DNA of 63,833 bases, counting the filler, from Squatina squatina (Eukaryota): NCBI GenBank assembly GCA_031763465.1. It is 4 parts of 4 records of this genome, joined end to end, with 100 filler letters (N's around TTAATTAATTAA, not from the genome) between each part and the next. Parts side by side here need not be neighbours in the genome. Positions count along the whole stretch, not along the records: positions 1 to 14,133 come from JARFOE010000001.1; 3 more parts are not named here. One strand, 5' to 3'. Position 1 is the stretch's first letter, and each line of letters begins with the position of its first letter. The position numbers were made by a program, and so were the translations under genes. Below the pieces are notes generated by a model. The model saw only the letters and a list, made by a program, of their open reading frames with translations, was not told the origin of the DNA and ran no database searches. Below are positions 1-13,260 of the stretch, piece by piece.

Positions 1-811
1 TGGATTCTAATTAATTTTGTGACAAAGTGCTACCAAAAAGGAAAATTATTGAACAAAGTGCTGATTTGCGACAGGCACACAAATTACATGTGACACAAAC
101 AAATATGTTTTCAAGACAAGTGCAAAACTCTTCTCCGAATTAATGAAGTTTATAATGCCTCTTTTCTGAATTTATGAGAGTGGTTCAATAAAAGCATCAC
201 AGCTGCACTGAGTTTAGTATCACAGACTTTAGTTATATAGACCAGCATTATTTTGTTCATCTGAAAAGAATAATTTCCTAATGCTACAGCATATTAACAC
301 AAGACTGTACTTCCTACCTTAGCCTGAGGACTAATACCATATTGTGTTAATGCATACTGCCACTGAGGTAGTCCTAGATGAATGAGCATAAGCCGATAGT
401 AGGCTGTGAATGTGTCTGTTAGAAAATGCCAGTAAAGTGCTCTGTCCAAGAACCAGATTTCAGCATGGGTAGATACAACTCCTGTGAAGGAAAAATGTAT
501 GCATAAAGGATCAGAAGGACATTGGATATAATTTTTTTAGGCTTTTTAATATACGTTAAATAGTAACCAATTTAAATGTTAAATTAGGGAGAAGAGAAAA
601 TATAAAACTGAATAGCTATAAATGGGAAAAATTCCCATAATTTTTACATCTGCAGTCGTTATTACCTTAGTTGCTTGCAGATACATTTTACAGTACAACA
701 GGAACCATGCANNNNNNNNNNNNNNNNNNNNNNNNNNNNNNNNNNNNNNNNNNNNNNNNNNNNNNNNNNNNNNNNNNNNNNNNNNNNNNNNNNNNNNNNN
801 NNNNNNNNNNN

Positions 812-950
812 CATTATAATTACACTCTCCTGCTAGTGGAGATACTGAAATGCTACCACTGGCAGGAAAATGTAATTACAGTATGACAAGTTTACATGGG
901 CATTTCCATTATAAGTCTGGACATAGAAATTTATAATGGGTATATAAAAA
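812..950. repeat. Palindromic (hairpin) interspersed repeat, copy 1
   Basis: Inverted arms 817-839 and 856-878 (20/23 match), plus a second ccattataa...ttataatgg palindrome. Homologous to 46664-46775. Confidence 0.7.
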
Positions 951-1140
951 TAAGGACAGAATGTATGACATTAAAAAGAGGAATTAATTATTTCTGCACG
1001 TCCTGGTAGAATTGTCCCACTCTCTAACTCCGCTTCATCTGAATACTACACTGGACTCACGTGGAATACCACAGATTGACTAGTACAAATGGAAAGGAAT
1101 TTGACCTTATAAATGCACAACATAAGCTCAATGGTCTTAC

Positions 1141-1228
1141 CATCAAACTTTATATTCCAGGTCATCAAAAAGCCATCAGTCATTAGGTAAAAATTCCTCA
1201 GATCCTCTGGGAGTAAACAGCAGTTCTT
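1141..1228 (-). CDS. TPGS2: Tubulin polyglutamylase complex subunit 2, internal exon (probably exon 3, 88 bp)
   Basis: Minus strand ttgcag|...|gtaaga. Encodes KNCCLLPEDLRNFYLMTDGFLMTWNIKFD; recalled human TPGS2 KNNCVMPEDVKNFYLMTNGFHMTWSVKLD. In phase with the 3139-3218 exon. Confidence 0.96.
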
Positions 1229-1959
1229 CTGCAAGCATAAACAGCTGAATATTTCAGGTATAAATTTAGGACTAAATTAAACAAACTGTCCTAAACCAAG
1301 TGATTCCTTATCATCTGAAGTATTTATAGAACAGTATATTATACCTTTTAAGTTGCCAGCTGAAATAGGCTAAATGCCACTGATCAATAGCTGAACAAGC
1401 AGACCTTCAGTTACTGCTCACAGTGAGTTGGAAGATACATTATTTTATGACAAAAGTGTCATCATATAAATGGACAATGTACCCTTTCGGAGCCAAAGTC
1501 ATCAAAAATTGTTTTATTGTATGGTATTCTAGGATTGTTCTGGGGGATCAATTTCTGCGATTTCTTCCATTTTTTGTTTTTAAAAATCCTTTGAACTTTT
1601 AAAAGGATTTTTTAAAAGGAGAAATAGCATAATGTACTCAGATGGTGTTGCGGGGTGCTTGATAGGGCTTAGGAACATTGGGCTTTGATAGGAAAGGTGG
1701 TAGGGCCCTTTGGTTTGGCAGAATTCGGGTGGGTTTGGCCCTTTATTTGCCACATCATTTCTGCAGCTACCGATCTACTCAATCACACCCTCACCACCTA
1801 CAATGCCCTTGGACTCAAGGGAACTGCCTTATCCTCATTAAAATCATTACTATCCCACACCCTGGTAGTTCCCCCTGGTATGGCCCTCATCTCTGCTCCC
1901 TTAAGTTCAAGGGTGTAGACTTGAATGTTTATGGTCAACGACTGGTCTAGCCATTCATC

Positions 1960-2892
1960 GCCAGGTCTGGCTGGACCACATAATGTACTATTGGGTCTTA
2001 CTCTCTTTTGCCGTAACTACTCACTATTCCAAGATCACCAAGGAATGCAAAGATAACCTCTGGCTTCTCTTCTCCACTACAAACAGTTTTCTTAAGTGTC
2101 TCTCCTTTGCCTCGTCCAAGTGCGAGGAACTCATGGATTTTAAGAGTTACTAAGATCGAGACCATCCGTTCAGTTGTCTCTGCCACTTCCCTCCCTTCTT
2201 TGTCCGGCAAACCAAACTATCCAAGGTTCCTCCAAACTCTAGACCTAAACTCGCATCTTTCTCCAGTTTCTCTCCTATCTCCCCTCATGGCCTCTCCGAG
2301 CTCATCTTGTCCACGAGACCCACCTCCTGCTCCCTTGATCCCATTCCCACTAAACTGCTGACCACTCAAGCTCCTTTCCTGGCCCCGTGTTTCTGATATT
2401 GCTAACGGTTACCTCTCCTCAGGTACTGTCCCCCCTCCCCTTTCAAAATCTGCCGTCATCGCACCACCACCTCAAAAAAAACATAGCTCGACCCCCCTCC
2501 GTCCTTGCAAACTACCGTCCCATTTCCAACCTCTTTCTCAGCCAAAGTCCTTGAACCAGGTTGTTGCCTCCCATGTCAGGCCCATCTTTCCTGCAATTCC
2601 ACGTCTAATTAGGTTTCCACACCCGCCACAACACTGAAACCACCCGAGTCAAAGTCACAAATGACCATGTTGTGCCATCCCTATTCACCCTTCTCGATCA
2701 GTCTGCAGCCGGACACCACTGACCCACGCCATCCTCCCCCACTGCCACTCCTCCATTGTCCAGCAGAGTGGGACTACCTTATCTGGTTCCTCTTACTTAT
2801 CCAGCTGTAACCAGAGAATCTCCTTCAACGGCTTCTCTTCCCACCCCATCACCTCTGGAGTCCCCCGAGGATGTATCCTTCACCTCCTCCCA
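1960..2892 (+). mobile_element. Degenerate L2-clade LINE ORF2 (start of RT region)
   Basis: C/T-rich. Frameshifted motifs SCSLDPIPTKLL, LSSGTVP, SVLANYRPISNL and AKVLE typical of L2 reverse transcriptase. Confidence 0.85.
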
Positions 2893-3138
2893 NNNNNNNN
2901 NNNNNNNNNNNNNNNNNNNNNNNNNNNNNNNNNNNNNNNNNNNNNNNNNNNNNNNNNNNNNNNNNNNNNNNNNNNNNNNNNNNNNNNNNNNNTAAATGTC
3001 ACTGACTGTTATCAAGACATTGCTTTGATTTGACAGGAACAAAGGATTGCAGCTTCAAAACATCTAAAATAATCCCTTCCAAGTAGTAAGTCAAATCAAT
3101 ACAGTTCAGATCCATAGTAAAAATGTGAGGTCACTCAC

Positions 3139-3218
3139 CTGCTCCCATGAGATGATCATATGACGCTCTGCTGGTTCCTTTTCCACATATCTAACTTCTG
3201 TCACACCAGGTCGACTTT
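3139..3218 (-). CDS. TPGS2: Tubulin polyglutamylase complex subunit 2, internal exon (probably exon 2, 80 bp)
   Basis: Minus strand ttttag|...|gtgagt. Encodes (E)SRPGVTEVRYVEKEPAERHMIISWEQ; recalled human ESSPGVTEVTIIEKPPAERHMISSWEQ. Confidence 0.96.
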
Positions 3219-4013
3219 CTAAAATGAATGTCAAAAGTAGTAGTAGATGGGGGGGTTTGTGGAAACCTTTATTACTGCATTCTTTAAAGAGGAGCTGTTA
3301 CAGTTTTAACAACAGGATTATTCCACAGCAGAGCCCTATGAAACGTACAGAGACTGGATTTAGTCATTCTTTCAATTTGTCCAAATGCACTATATGTGGT
3401 GAGTAATGTTTCTTTCGTTGCAACCTGAGCCAAAAGCCTTGTAGCGAGAAACTGCAATGAGACAACAACACAATCTTGCATTCTAATATGCTTACAGGAA
3501 GAGCCTGTAGGCATGGATATAACCATTGAACCAACTGCCTTCCTCTAAAGGCTAGATAATAAAGAAAGTTATTAACAAATTCTAAAGCTCATTTCTCCGT
3601 AGGCAGTGGCAAAGTAGATGTCTCTCCTTTTCTGGATTTTGCCCAGCCAAAAGTTATATAAAACCTTTCAGTGTAGTGCTATGGTACTACTATTGATTAT
3701 ATTTAGCACACATGTAACATAATAGCTTTGTAATTGGAAACTACCTTTTAAAAGCCCAACTGCATCAAAGTGATTATCCATTCTACGAGATAACACTTGA
3801 TATATATATATATATATTTTAAATGTGGAAAGCATGACAACATATTTAAATCCATTATCTGTCCAGATAAATGGTAAGTGTTTATAGAATAGTAGAATGT
3901 TATAGCACAGAAANNNNNNNNNNNNNNNNNNNNNNNNNNNNNNNNNNNNNNNNNNNNNNNNNNNNNNNNNNNNNNNNNNNNNNNNNNNNNNNNNNNNNNN
4001 NNNNNNNNNNNNN

Positions 4014-4390
4014 CCCGTGGGGTGTTATGGAGTTGGCACGCGGCGCTGAGGGGTCGCCAAGCACGGTGATAACGTCATTGCCGGTTGTGCGTCGGCCCGG
4101 GGCGCTAACTGCGGGGCGCGACTCTGTTGTGCCAGCACCTCCGCAACCTTCCGGGCAATTTTCCAGTAGGCTGTAGCACCCCCCTCTCCCGGGCAAAAAA
4201 TCATTTAAGCCCTGTTAGTGCCCCCCTGGAGGCACTAAAGGGGCTATAAAACTTGAAAATGCCAACCGTACTTTGTTCACTGCAGCAGCTCCAGAGATAA
4301 CCATTGGAAATTACTTCCTCAGTACTTGCAAGATGCGTTATGCCAATGGCCAGAAAATTGGGACTGTCGCAAATTGGGCATGGGAGCATT
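4014..4390. mobile_element. GC-rich non-autonomous DNA transposon (MITE-like) fragments
   Basis: CpG-rich, no credible ORF. Terminal-like motifs (gggcaattttcc, ggccagaaaattggg) resemble other MITE ends in this window. Confidence 0.5.
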
Positions 4391-4397
4391 ACCAGTC

Positions 4398-4545
4398 TTT
4401 TTGACACCGAGCCACACAAAAAGGCATCAGGACAGGTGGCCAAAAGCTTGGTCAAAGATGTAGGATTTACGGAGTGATTTAAGGAGGAAACAGAGGGAGA
4501 TAGTCGGAAAGGTTTAGGGAGGGAATTCCAGAGCTTAGGGCTGGA
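4398..4545 (-). mobile_element. L2-type LINE 3' end fragment
   Basis: gggaattccagagcttagg is the reverse complement of the core of the copy at 4993-5195. Confidence 0.75.
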
Positions 4546-4992
4546 TAACAGTAGAGAACTCAGGCAGTGAGCCCTACTACCACCTCACTACCTGCTGCCT
4601 TCTCAGGGAACCTATTGGCCTCTCTTTCTCCGCCTGCAATATGTAAAGGACAACGGCAGTGTGGGTTCTGGGTCCCCAGTAGATACTCCTCCTGTCAACC
4701 CGTGTCACCACTGCTTCCGTGTCCGCTATGGGGAAGGCAGCTGTAGGCTCTGAGGAGCAGCGGTAACAGCCCTGAGGTTTCTACAATGGAGAGAAAGGCT
4801 CTTGTAGCATCATTCACTTCATCCAGTCTGAACTGCAATGACTTATCCATGCAGGCTGCCTCTTTAAGATCATTCCTACCTCTTGCAATGCTGCAGCCCT
4901 TCCCTTGAGGCCCTTGGTGGGATCTCTCTTGGCAACAGATGTAAATGTATTAGACCAGTATTTGATTCAACTAAATTATCATCAGTTGACTT

Positions 4993-5195
4993 GGCCCTAA
5001 GCTCTGGAATTCCCTCCGTAGACGTCTCCGTTTCTCTCCCTCTCCTCCTTTCAGTTGCTTGTTAAAACCTACCTCTTTCAGCAAGTTTTTGGTCAGTTGT
5101 CCTGCTGTCTCCTTCTGTGTCAAAATATTTTTATTGGTAACGCTCTTGTTAAGCACCATAGGATGTTTTGAAAGTGCATGTTGTTGTTGTTGTTA
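4993..5195 (+). mobile_element. L2-type LINE 3' end with (TTG)n tail
   Basis: ccctaagctctggaattccctcc (PKLWNSL), ttaaaacctacctcttt (LKTYLF), ending in gttgttgttgtt. Confidence 0.8.
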
Positions 5196-5229
5196 TTCTT
5201 ATTCTATGATTCTATGAATACTCCAGATG

Positions 5230-5630
5230 GGGCTTGACCAGTGATTTACAAAGATTTAGCATTACTTCCTTGCTTTTGTACTCTTTCTGTTTATAAAGCC
5301 AAGCATCCATATGCTGTTTTTAATAGCTTTATCAACTTGCCCTGCCACCTTCAAAAGACTTGCTCATGTGAACCCCCAGGTCTCTGTTCTTGCACTCCTT
5401 TTAAAATGTTACCATTGAAACAAATATTTTGTGTCTGTCTTCATAGTAGAAGACACAAAGAACATATTGGATATTGTGGAGAACCAAGGGTCTGGTGAGA
5501 GTGAGGAACTTAAAAATAATTATATTAGTAAAGAGAACTTACTCGAGAAATTAATGAGACAAAAATATTGTCAAATCTCCTGGGCTTGATGACCTACATC
5601 CTAGGTTTTTAAATGAGGTGGCTGCAAATA
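5230..5630. mobile_element. Two CR1 LINE fragments in opposite orientations
   Basis: 5572-5628 (+) encodes KSPGLDDLHPRFLNEVAA (CR1 KSPGPDGxHPRVLKE motif). 5230-5420 resembles an antisense CR1 RT segment. Confidence 0.65.
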
Positions 5631-7193
5631 TAAAGTTCTGCCTGTTTAATTTATGGGCGTGTTGTAATAATTGGAATATGTCTGATGCATTTTAGTCTTT
5701 GGCTATGTCCAGCTCCTATATTGTGCCAAGCACATCTCACTTTCTTTAACAGTGTTATATCTAGCGTCGGATGAAGAGCAATCCATGGTCTTTGTGCCAG
5801 GTATGGTTTTGTGAATTACTTTGCAGGACACTTTGAGCCACCAGTTTAAATATGTTCTATAAACTGTTTGAGCATTGAAGGTGCTCTTAAATACACTTTG
5901 ATTTATAATGCATCCCAAGAAAGTATTATATGTGGAAATGTACAAAATGGTATTGAACATTTGTTTATTTATTCTAGTTGGTAATAAATTGTAAACTTAA
6001 TATTGCAAGTATGTGAAGAATCCATAGCATTGCATGTTTAGATTGTTACCATCCTATTTTTGTGAGTGGCATCTATTGCAAGGATTGTTGATTTAAAAAT
6101 AAGATGGCACAAAANNNNNNNNNNNNNNNNNNNNNNNNNNNNNNNNNNNNNNNNNNNNNNNNNNNNNNNNNNNNNNNNNNNNNNNNNNNNNNNNNNNNNN
6201 NNNNNNNNNNNNNNTTCGATTGAAAGTGATAAATTAGTAAATCAGTCTACATTATAACACAAAAGCTAGGTGGCTACGTCTGAGTCATTCATTGAGATGA
6301 TCTGCAGAGGGCAGCAGTCACCATGCTTTGCACTGTAATAGAAAACTTCACTTTTTGTGTTTTCTCTCAGTACCTTTTTAGTCGAATTTGGAAAGATAGT
6401 TTTCTACATCCTGGGACTTCAAACATCATGTGACATTTTACGAACTAGATTCGGGAGCAAAAATTAGTGCCTTTGCTTGAAATATTATTTTCAGAACTTG
6501 AGAGAGAAATTGCAGCTGGTTTACTGTAGTTATCTGCTCCCTTTATTCTTAACCCACCAGCATAATGGCTAATTTCTTATCTGACACTGTGTGTTTAAGT
6601 GTTGCTTGGAGAGAATGCCTGCAGAGACTGTCAGATAATTTCTCCACAGCAATAACCTTTGCTTGATTGAAGTAATTTTGATTTGAAGTGATTATTTTCA
6701 GGGTACTTTAGGGACAGATGAGTGAGGATTGTGTGTGTGCTGCACAATGTCCTTGAAATGTGGTTGTGCTGCTGTGGAAAACATAAAAAGATTTATACGT
6801 TCGACACAAGCTTTGCAAACAACCACAAAACGTCTGAGGCCCAGCAGAATTAACAATTGGGTTTGTTTTAGTTCTCATGAGTTGAATTTGACATCTAACA
6901 AATGGCTGGTCTTTTAGGTCAAATTATTATCCCTCTCAAAATATTCTGAGTCTACATTGGGTTGGAAGAAATGGAATTGACTGTAGAATTAGAGTTTGAC
7001 AACAGTCTTGCATGTCTACATTGAGCAAATCAGTAACTCTCTTGCATTTCTCTGATTTTAAGAGGCTTGAGTCTCACTGGTGCAGGTCCCACTNNNNNNN
7101 NNNNNNNNNNNNNNNNNNNNNNNNNNNNNNNNNNNNNNNNNNNNNNNNNNNNNNNNNNNNNNNNNNNNNNNNNNNNNNNNNNNNNNNNNNNNN

Positions 7194-7410
7194 CTGGCCA
7201 ATATTTATCCCTCAATCAGCATCATAAAAAAGCAGCTTATCTGGTCATTGACACATTGCTTTTTGTGGGAGCTTGCTGTAGACAAATCGGTTGCCACATT
7301 TCCTACATTCCAACAGTGACGACACTCCTTAAGTACTTAATTGGCTGTAAAGCACTTTGAAACGTCTAGTGGTCATGAAAGGCGCTATATAAAGGCAAGT
7401 CTTTCTTTAT
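7194..7410 (+). mobile_element. Deu-domain SINE (SacSINE1-like), 3' half
   Basis: ctggccaatatttatccctcaatca...gtaaagcactttg...ggcgctatataaaggcaagtctttc; highly similar to 61422-61810. Confidence 0.88.
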
Positions 7411-7719
7411 GTGCCAAATGGCTTTCCTCACCTTCCCTGGAATTCCAATGTGCCAGTGTATCTATCTTCTGATCTTGTAAACTGTTCAAAGCAAATTTCT
7501 GCATTTTTTTGGATTAAATTTAAACATATGTGCCATTGATTAGGCCACTTGAGTATGTGCTACATTGTGCAAACCCATTCTTCTATGATGCTTTTTGGAA
7601 TTTCAGTGTGCCAAAGTAAAGCATGCCAGAAGGCAAAGAGAAATAAATATTTGTTGTTTCACATCACTGATGGGATTAGGTAAAACAGCACCTTGAGACT
7701 ACAAACACAGACAGAGATT

Positions 7720-8065
7720 AGAATTCAGCTCTTGGTGAGTCAGGAGGTTGTGGGTTTGAACCTTGTACTAAGGGAATGCTTGCTATAAGAGGTGTCATTA
7801 GTACTATTCTGATCTTTCAGGTGTATGGCAAAGATCCCATGGAAATATTTAAAGAGCAAGGAATTGTTCTGGTGTCTTGGCCAACATTTTTATTTTAACC
7901 AGTACAATCAAAAACCCAATTGATCATTCATTACATTTGTGGTGTTGCAGGTACAGAACAGCTGCCGTGTTTGTTCATGTAATTCACAGCACCTCAAAAG
8001 TAATTAATTGCAAGAAATGCTCTGATACATTTAGATTTGATATGGGAGATATATACATCACAATT
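7720..8065 (+). mobile_element. Older degenerate Deu-SINE copy
   Basis: tRNA-like head gagtcaggaggttgtgggtttgaacc, Deu core aaagatcccatgg and ggtgtcttggccaacattt. Confidence 0.7.
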
Positions 8066-10190
8066 GTTTAACAGGAATTTGATCTGTTAGTTTTGAAATT
8101 TAAATAGATTGCTGCTCAACACTTTGTTGGTCCGGTCCCTACTTTTAGATTCTGAACATATGTATTGTTGCACAGTGTAGGTATAAGGGCTCACATTTAT
8201 CTTTTCCTTATTAGTGTTCTGTATTTTTTTTCTAATCACAAACATGCGGTAGATAGATTTTGGAGAAATGGAGAGTAACATTTCCGATTATATTTTTAAA
8301 AATCTATAACTAAATATGATAGTTAATGGGTTTATCAGGATTCTGTGGTACATGTGGGACATTAATGAGTAATTGAAGCTGGTGATATGTTACTTGATTA
8401 CGTAAATGCAGAATTAACAGTAAAATGAAAACATTTGCATTTGTGGTTTCATCCTTAGAAATGCAGTTTTTGATTTTACTTTTGATTTTTGTTCGCTCTG
8501 TTCTTAAAGAAGGTAGAAGGGGAAACTTAGTTTTTTTTAAAAATAGCAGTTCAGTATCCATAGTGTAAAAGAATGAGAGTAAGCGAGATTTCTGACCAAG
8601 GTTTTCTTCGACTGGTCTTGTAGCTGATCTCAGCTGAGCGCCCCTCCTGGGTCTACATTTTCTTATGGGTTTTTTTCACCTTTCTTAGATTGGTGATGGC
8701 GGGGCGGGGCGGGGAGGTGTTGGTGGTGGTAGGAGGGGTGGAGCTGGATTATACTTTACACTGAAATGAATTTTTTTTCCTTCAGCTCTATCCCCCAACC
8801 ATACTCATTCATAAAGTATCTCAGGTTTAATCCTTTGCTGACCGTGCAACAGATAAACAATCAGCTTGGGTTCCTGCTGCCTGCTATTCAGTGATACTGC
8901 CAAAAATGCATGTGTTGACATCTGAAGAGAATAGGATTGAACAGCATGCTGGCACTGTTCAAGTACCAAAGGGAATGGTCACTTTTGACCATGGAATAGC
9001 ACACAAGTCTTTTGGAGAAGAGCAGTAAGGGGGAGAAACTGGGATGGTGGGAAAAAGCTTTTGTATTTTTCTTATTTGGATGTTTTAATGAGATTTTGCA
9101 ATTCATCTACAATAGAATAACTACCAATGTTATGATTAATAGATGACTATTGAGGAAAATAATACCTAAATCTTTAATACTCCCATATTTTCTTAGGCTG
9201 TGTTTAACTTGACAGTAAAAATAAATATTTCTTTTTAAAAGAAGCAAACCAGAGCTGAAAGCCAGAACACACAGTTTGTTACAATTATTTGTGAATTAAG
9301 AATTTTATTTGATACAATTCTGAAACCTGTAATTTAACAAAGTAGACTGAGTCTGCCATGATCCTATTGTTTTGGCTTGTNNNNNNNNNNNNNNNNNNNN
9401 NNNNNNNNNNNNNNNNNNNNNNNNNNNNNNNNNNNNNNNNNNNNNNNNNNNNNNNNNNNNNNNNNNNNNNNNNNNNNNNNGTTATGAAATAACATGCTGC
9501 AGTGGACAAAAAGGCGGATGAATGAATGAGCCATTTATAAATTATGTATGCATGTATCGCAGCAAGCTGCTTAGTGTTTTTCAGTTGCTTCCAGTTTGTA
9601 AGACACCAATTAGTGCTGAATTCTAAATAATTGAACAACTTTGATTCCCTCATCATTTTAGATCCAGACATAATGTACAAAATAAGTTTTAAAAACCAGA
9701 AGACCCGAGGGTGAAAATTGCTCAACTCCTTCAGATGTGAGCATAACAGCAAGAGCCTTGCCTAGATCCATTTTGTACTGAATGTATGATTTTTGCCTGA
9801 ATTGATTTGTATTGTGCCAGACAATGGGGTCAGTTTTTTTTTGTGTGGTGTAAATCAGGCAGGCGTTGGTCCACTTCACCTGCCTGATGCAGTTGGCGAG
9901 GAGCTCGTCCCATTTTCATGGCCAGATCTAATTGAAATGTAGTCGGTGAGTTGGCAGTGCTAATTGTGCTCCCTATAAGCAGCTCACCGATTGGAAGGTT
10001 GGGAAATCCAGCGGGCTGGCCGCTACTTAAAGGCAACCGGCAGCCCCTTTTAAGGGGAGGGGCATGTTTTGATAATTGTTAGCTATTTCNNNNNNNNNNN
10101 NNNNNNNNNNNNNNNNNNNNNNNNNNNNNNNNNNNNNNNNNNNNNNNNNNNNNNNNNNNNNNNNNNNNNNNNNNNNNNNNNNNNNNNNNT

Positions 10191-10355
<165 letters not shown>

Positions 10356-13049
10356 TGAGAACGTCATTGAACCTTGAACTCTACTAATGGAGCTAATTTA
10401 CCCTTTGAAACTATTCGATTGGCAACAAAGTTTTAATTAAAACTGACTGTGTTGTCTATTGATTGCAATGGTTTTGAACCCCTTTCCTGGTACAACTTTA
10501 ATAGGTTTGAACAAAATGGATCCCATGTGGTAGCAACTTGTACAGTATTGCCGTTTTAACTTGTTATTTTTTGTTAAAATTTCACACCTGCATGACATTG
10601 TGAATTTAACACATTTAGAACAGCTGCAATTCAGTAGAGATTTTAACAACATTATAAAATAATTATCAGTAATTGACAGACAAAGTAAACTTCAAAGGCA
10701 GTTGGGTGGTAACCAAAACACTTTTCTGTAAGAGTTGTGCATATTAATAGCATAATGAATGGGTAAAGTATGGCTGTAGTTAAATATTCAGATCAGGCTA
10801 ATTACATATTTTATGTTGGGTTACAAATCTAATGTTGCTAGTTCTGGTTTGGCTTTCAGAATACAATATATTTTTATTTTACAAATTCAAATAAAGGGTC
10901 ACCTTTGTGACCTATTTTCCTGATTTATGCCACTTTACAAGGAACTAATTAAGTTAATAAGTCAAAATTCAATCATACACAAAAATCCTGCGGTTCAATT
11001 AATTCTATAAAAATGGAAAGTTTCCCACATTTAGTTTTCCCTTTTAGTCTATGGATTTCTGCTCTGTATCCAAGTGAATTTTCAGCAGGCTAAAGATTAA
11101 CATCCCTTCTTTGCCTTTCTCACTTTTTTGATGTCTTCAACATTCACAAATATTCATCAGGGAAACTGAGCATAGTGTGAATGAACTTTTCAAATGGCTC
11201 AATCAATGAAGAGGGTCAATGGAAATCTACAGAGAACATTGCTAAATTCTTGAGATCGGTGGGGTAATCTGCAAGGGTACTCAGCGAATTTTGTGGAACA
11301 AAGTTCTCCACATCTCAGTATGCTGTCTCATCAATAAACGTGATTACATCTGTTAATAAAATGCACATAGAACTGTTAACAAAAACAGCATGCAATTTAC
11401 TGAACAAACAATAATTTACTACATCTTCCACTGCACATATAATCAATTCTATGCAATGGTTAGATATATAACTGAATTCTAGCATTGTTAACAGCGTGAC
11501 ATTCTTTTCTCAAGTTTCTTCAAGTAGTGTTAGCCCAGGTAGCGTTANNNNNNNNNNNNNNNNNNNNNNNNNNNNNNNNNNNNNNNNNNNNNNNNNNNNN
11601 NNNNNNNNNNNNNNNNNNNNNNNNNNNNNNNNNNNNNNNNNNNNNNNTACTTAAATCCCGCAACTATTTCAAGGATCTTCATTTCATTAATGGCAAAGTC
11701 ATCGATCTTATGTTGCGTTACAAAACATCAAAGTACAAAAAATTGCATAAGGCTGACTATTTACCTTGCTAAAGCCATATCTTTAATGTGATGGTAGAAT
11801 CAGAGACTCACATTGTTCTAGATATGTAACTTTTTATATTGAGTTTAATGGCCTCCTCAACTGAGGTGTTATTGAAAGGTGCTGCTGATTATTTTCAGCT
11901 CTTTCTTCAATCCTTGAGGTTTTTTCCATAAATGTGTACCTGGATATTAGTGTTGAGTCCACATTATCTTGAGCTTGATCTTCCTATCATTGCTACTGCC
12001 CAGGACTGATATCGGGCCACTGAGCTAAAAACTTGCACTTCAAGTAACTCAAAAAAGTTGCCTTTGAGCCAAGATGACACGATCCATGTATTCTGGCTGT
12101 CAAGACTGTGAGAAAGAGACTGAGTTGTGAGGACTGAGAGACCGGTGGGAGAGTAGTCCTAGTCTCCCCAGCTGAATAATTTATGACCTCATAAGGGTGA
12201 AAGTATGACTAATGCTACCACAGTTCCTAGAGCAGTATAATTTTTAAAATCCTATGCAGATCAGTAATGAATTAAGTTCCGGTTGCTCCTGCATGCTTCT
12301 TTGGATTGTTTAATGACCATCAGTAGGTAAAAACTAGTTTAAAATTTATATTCCAATAAATGGTTTATGGAGCCATCTGATACGCAGTTAGGTAGGAAGA
12401 ACTGAACTGGAAAAAACTGTGCTGCGGGAATCATCCATGCAAAACTACTTGATGTTCATAAAAATACTTGTAGGGTGATTAGTAAAGGAGCAGAGCTAAA
12501 ATTGTTTGATGAAGGCCAGGAATTTTTTACTAGTTTAAGTGATTATAAAAATGAAAATTGATGATAGTTATGCAGCCATAACTTAATTTCAGAATAAAAT
12601 AATGGATTGAACCATGTTCAAGTGCATATGCTGCTGTTTTTGAATCTCACTAAAAGCAGCATTGAGAGCTGTGCGAATTCATGAATTATTTAGTATGTTC
12701 TAGAGAGAGCATTTGAAATGTTTAATAGCTAAATGCTTAGTTCATGGGGAAAAAACTTGCATATACATGCATTAAAGCTCAGAGCTCTCAAAGGTTTATG
12801 CTAATTAAGAGAATTATGCTACTTTAGCAACATTTGTATACCGAAATGGAAATGCAAAATTCATGAACCCACCCAGCTCTGATACAAATAACTGTGTTAG
12901 CGCTTCATTATGAGTTGATAGTGATTTACGGAGAGTTGTCTTGTGTTAAGACTGGTCCCTAATGTCAGAAGAATTAAGAGGCAAGTTTAGAAAAAAATTC
13001 AGACTTGAAAGAAGACAAATGAGAAAGATACTTATAATGACATACAAGA

Positions 13050-13260
13050 TATTGGGGCCGATTTTTGTCGTCCTACCGCCTCATTTTTTGATGTGAATGG
13101 GGCGGCAGCAGGATGAAAATCATAAAAAAGAAACCACTGACTGACTGCCGGAGGCCTATCCATAGTGATTTCTGGCAGGCCGCGATTTAGATGGTCAAAG
13201 GTCCTGCCTGAAACTGGCAGGGGCCTAATTAACATACTTAAATTACTATTGCTACATGTG
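13050..13260. mobile_element. MITE-like DNA transposon end
   Basis: Begins ttggggccgattttt, similar to the GGGGCxGAAATT termini seen elsewhere in the window. Confidence 0.45.

Noticed and set aside
4014-4260. CpG island or bidirectional promoter for TPGS2/KIAA1328
   Set aside because: No TPGS2 exon 1 peptide was found, and the sequence resembles the GC-rich MITE arms elsewhere. Not fully excluded.
6299-6318. CTCF-like motif tctgcagagggcagca
   Set aside because: A single imperfect match, expected by chance in 64 kb.
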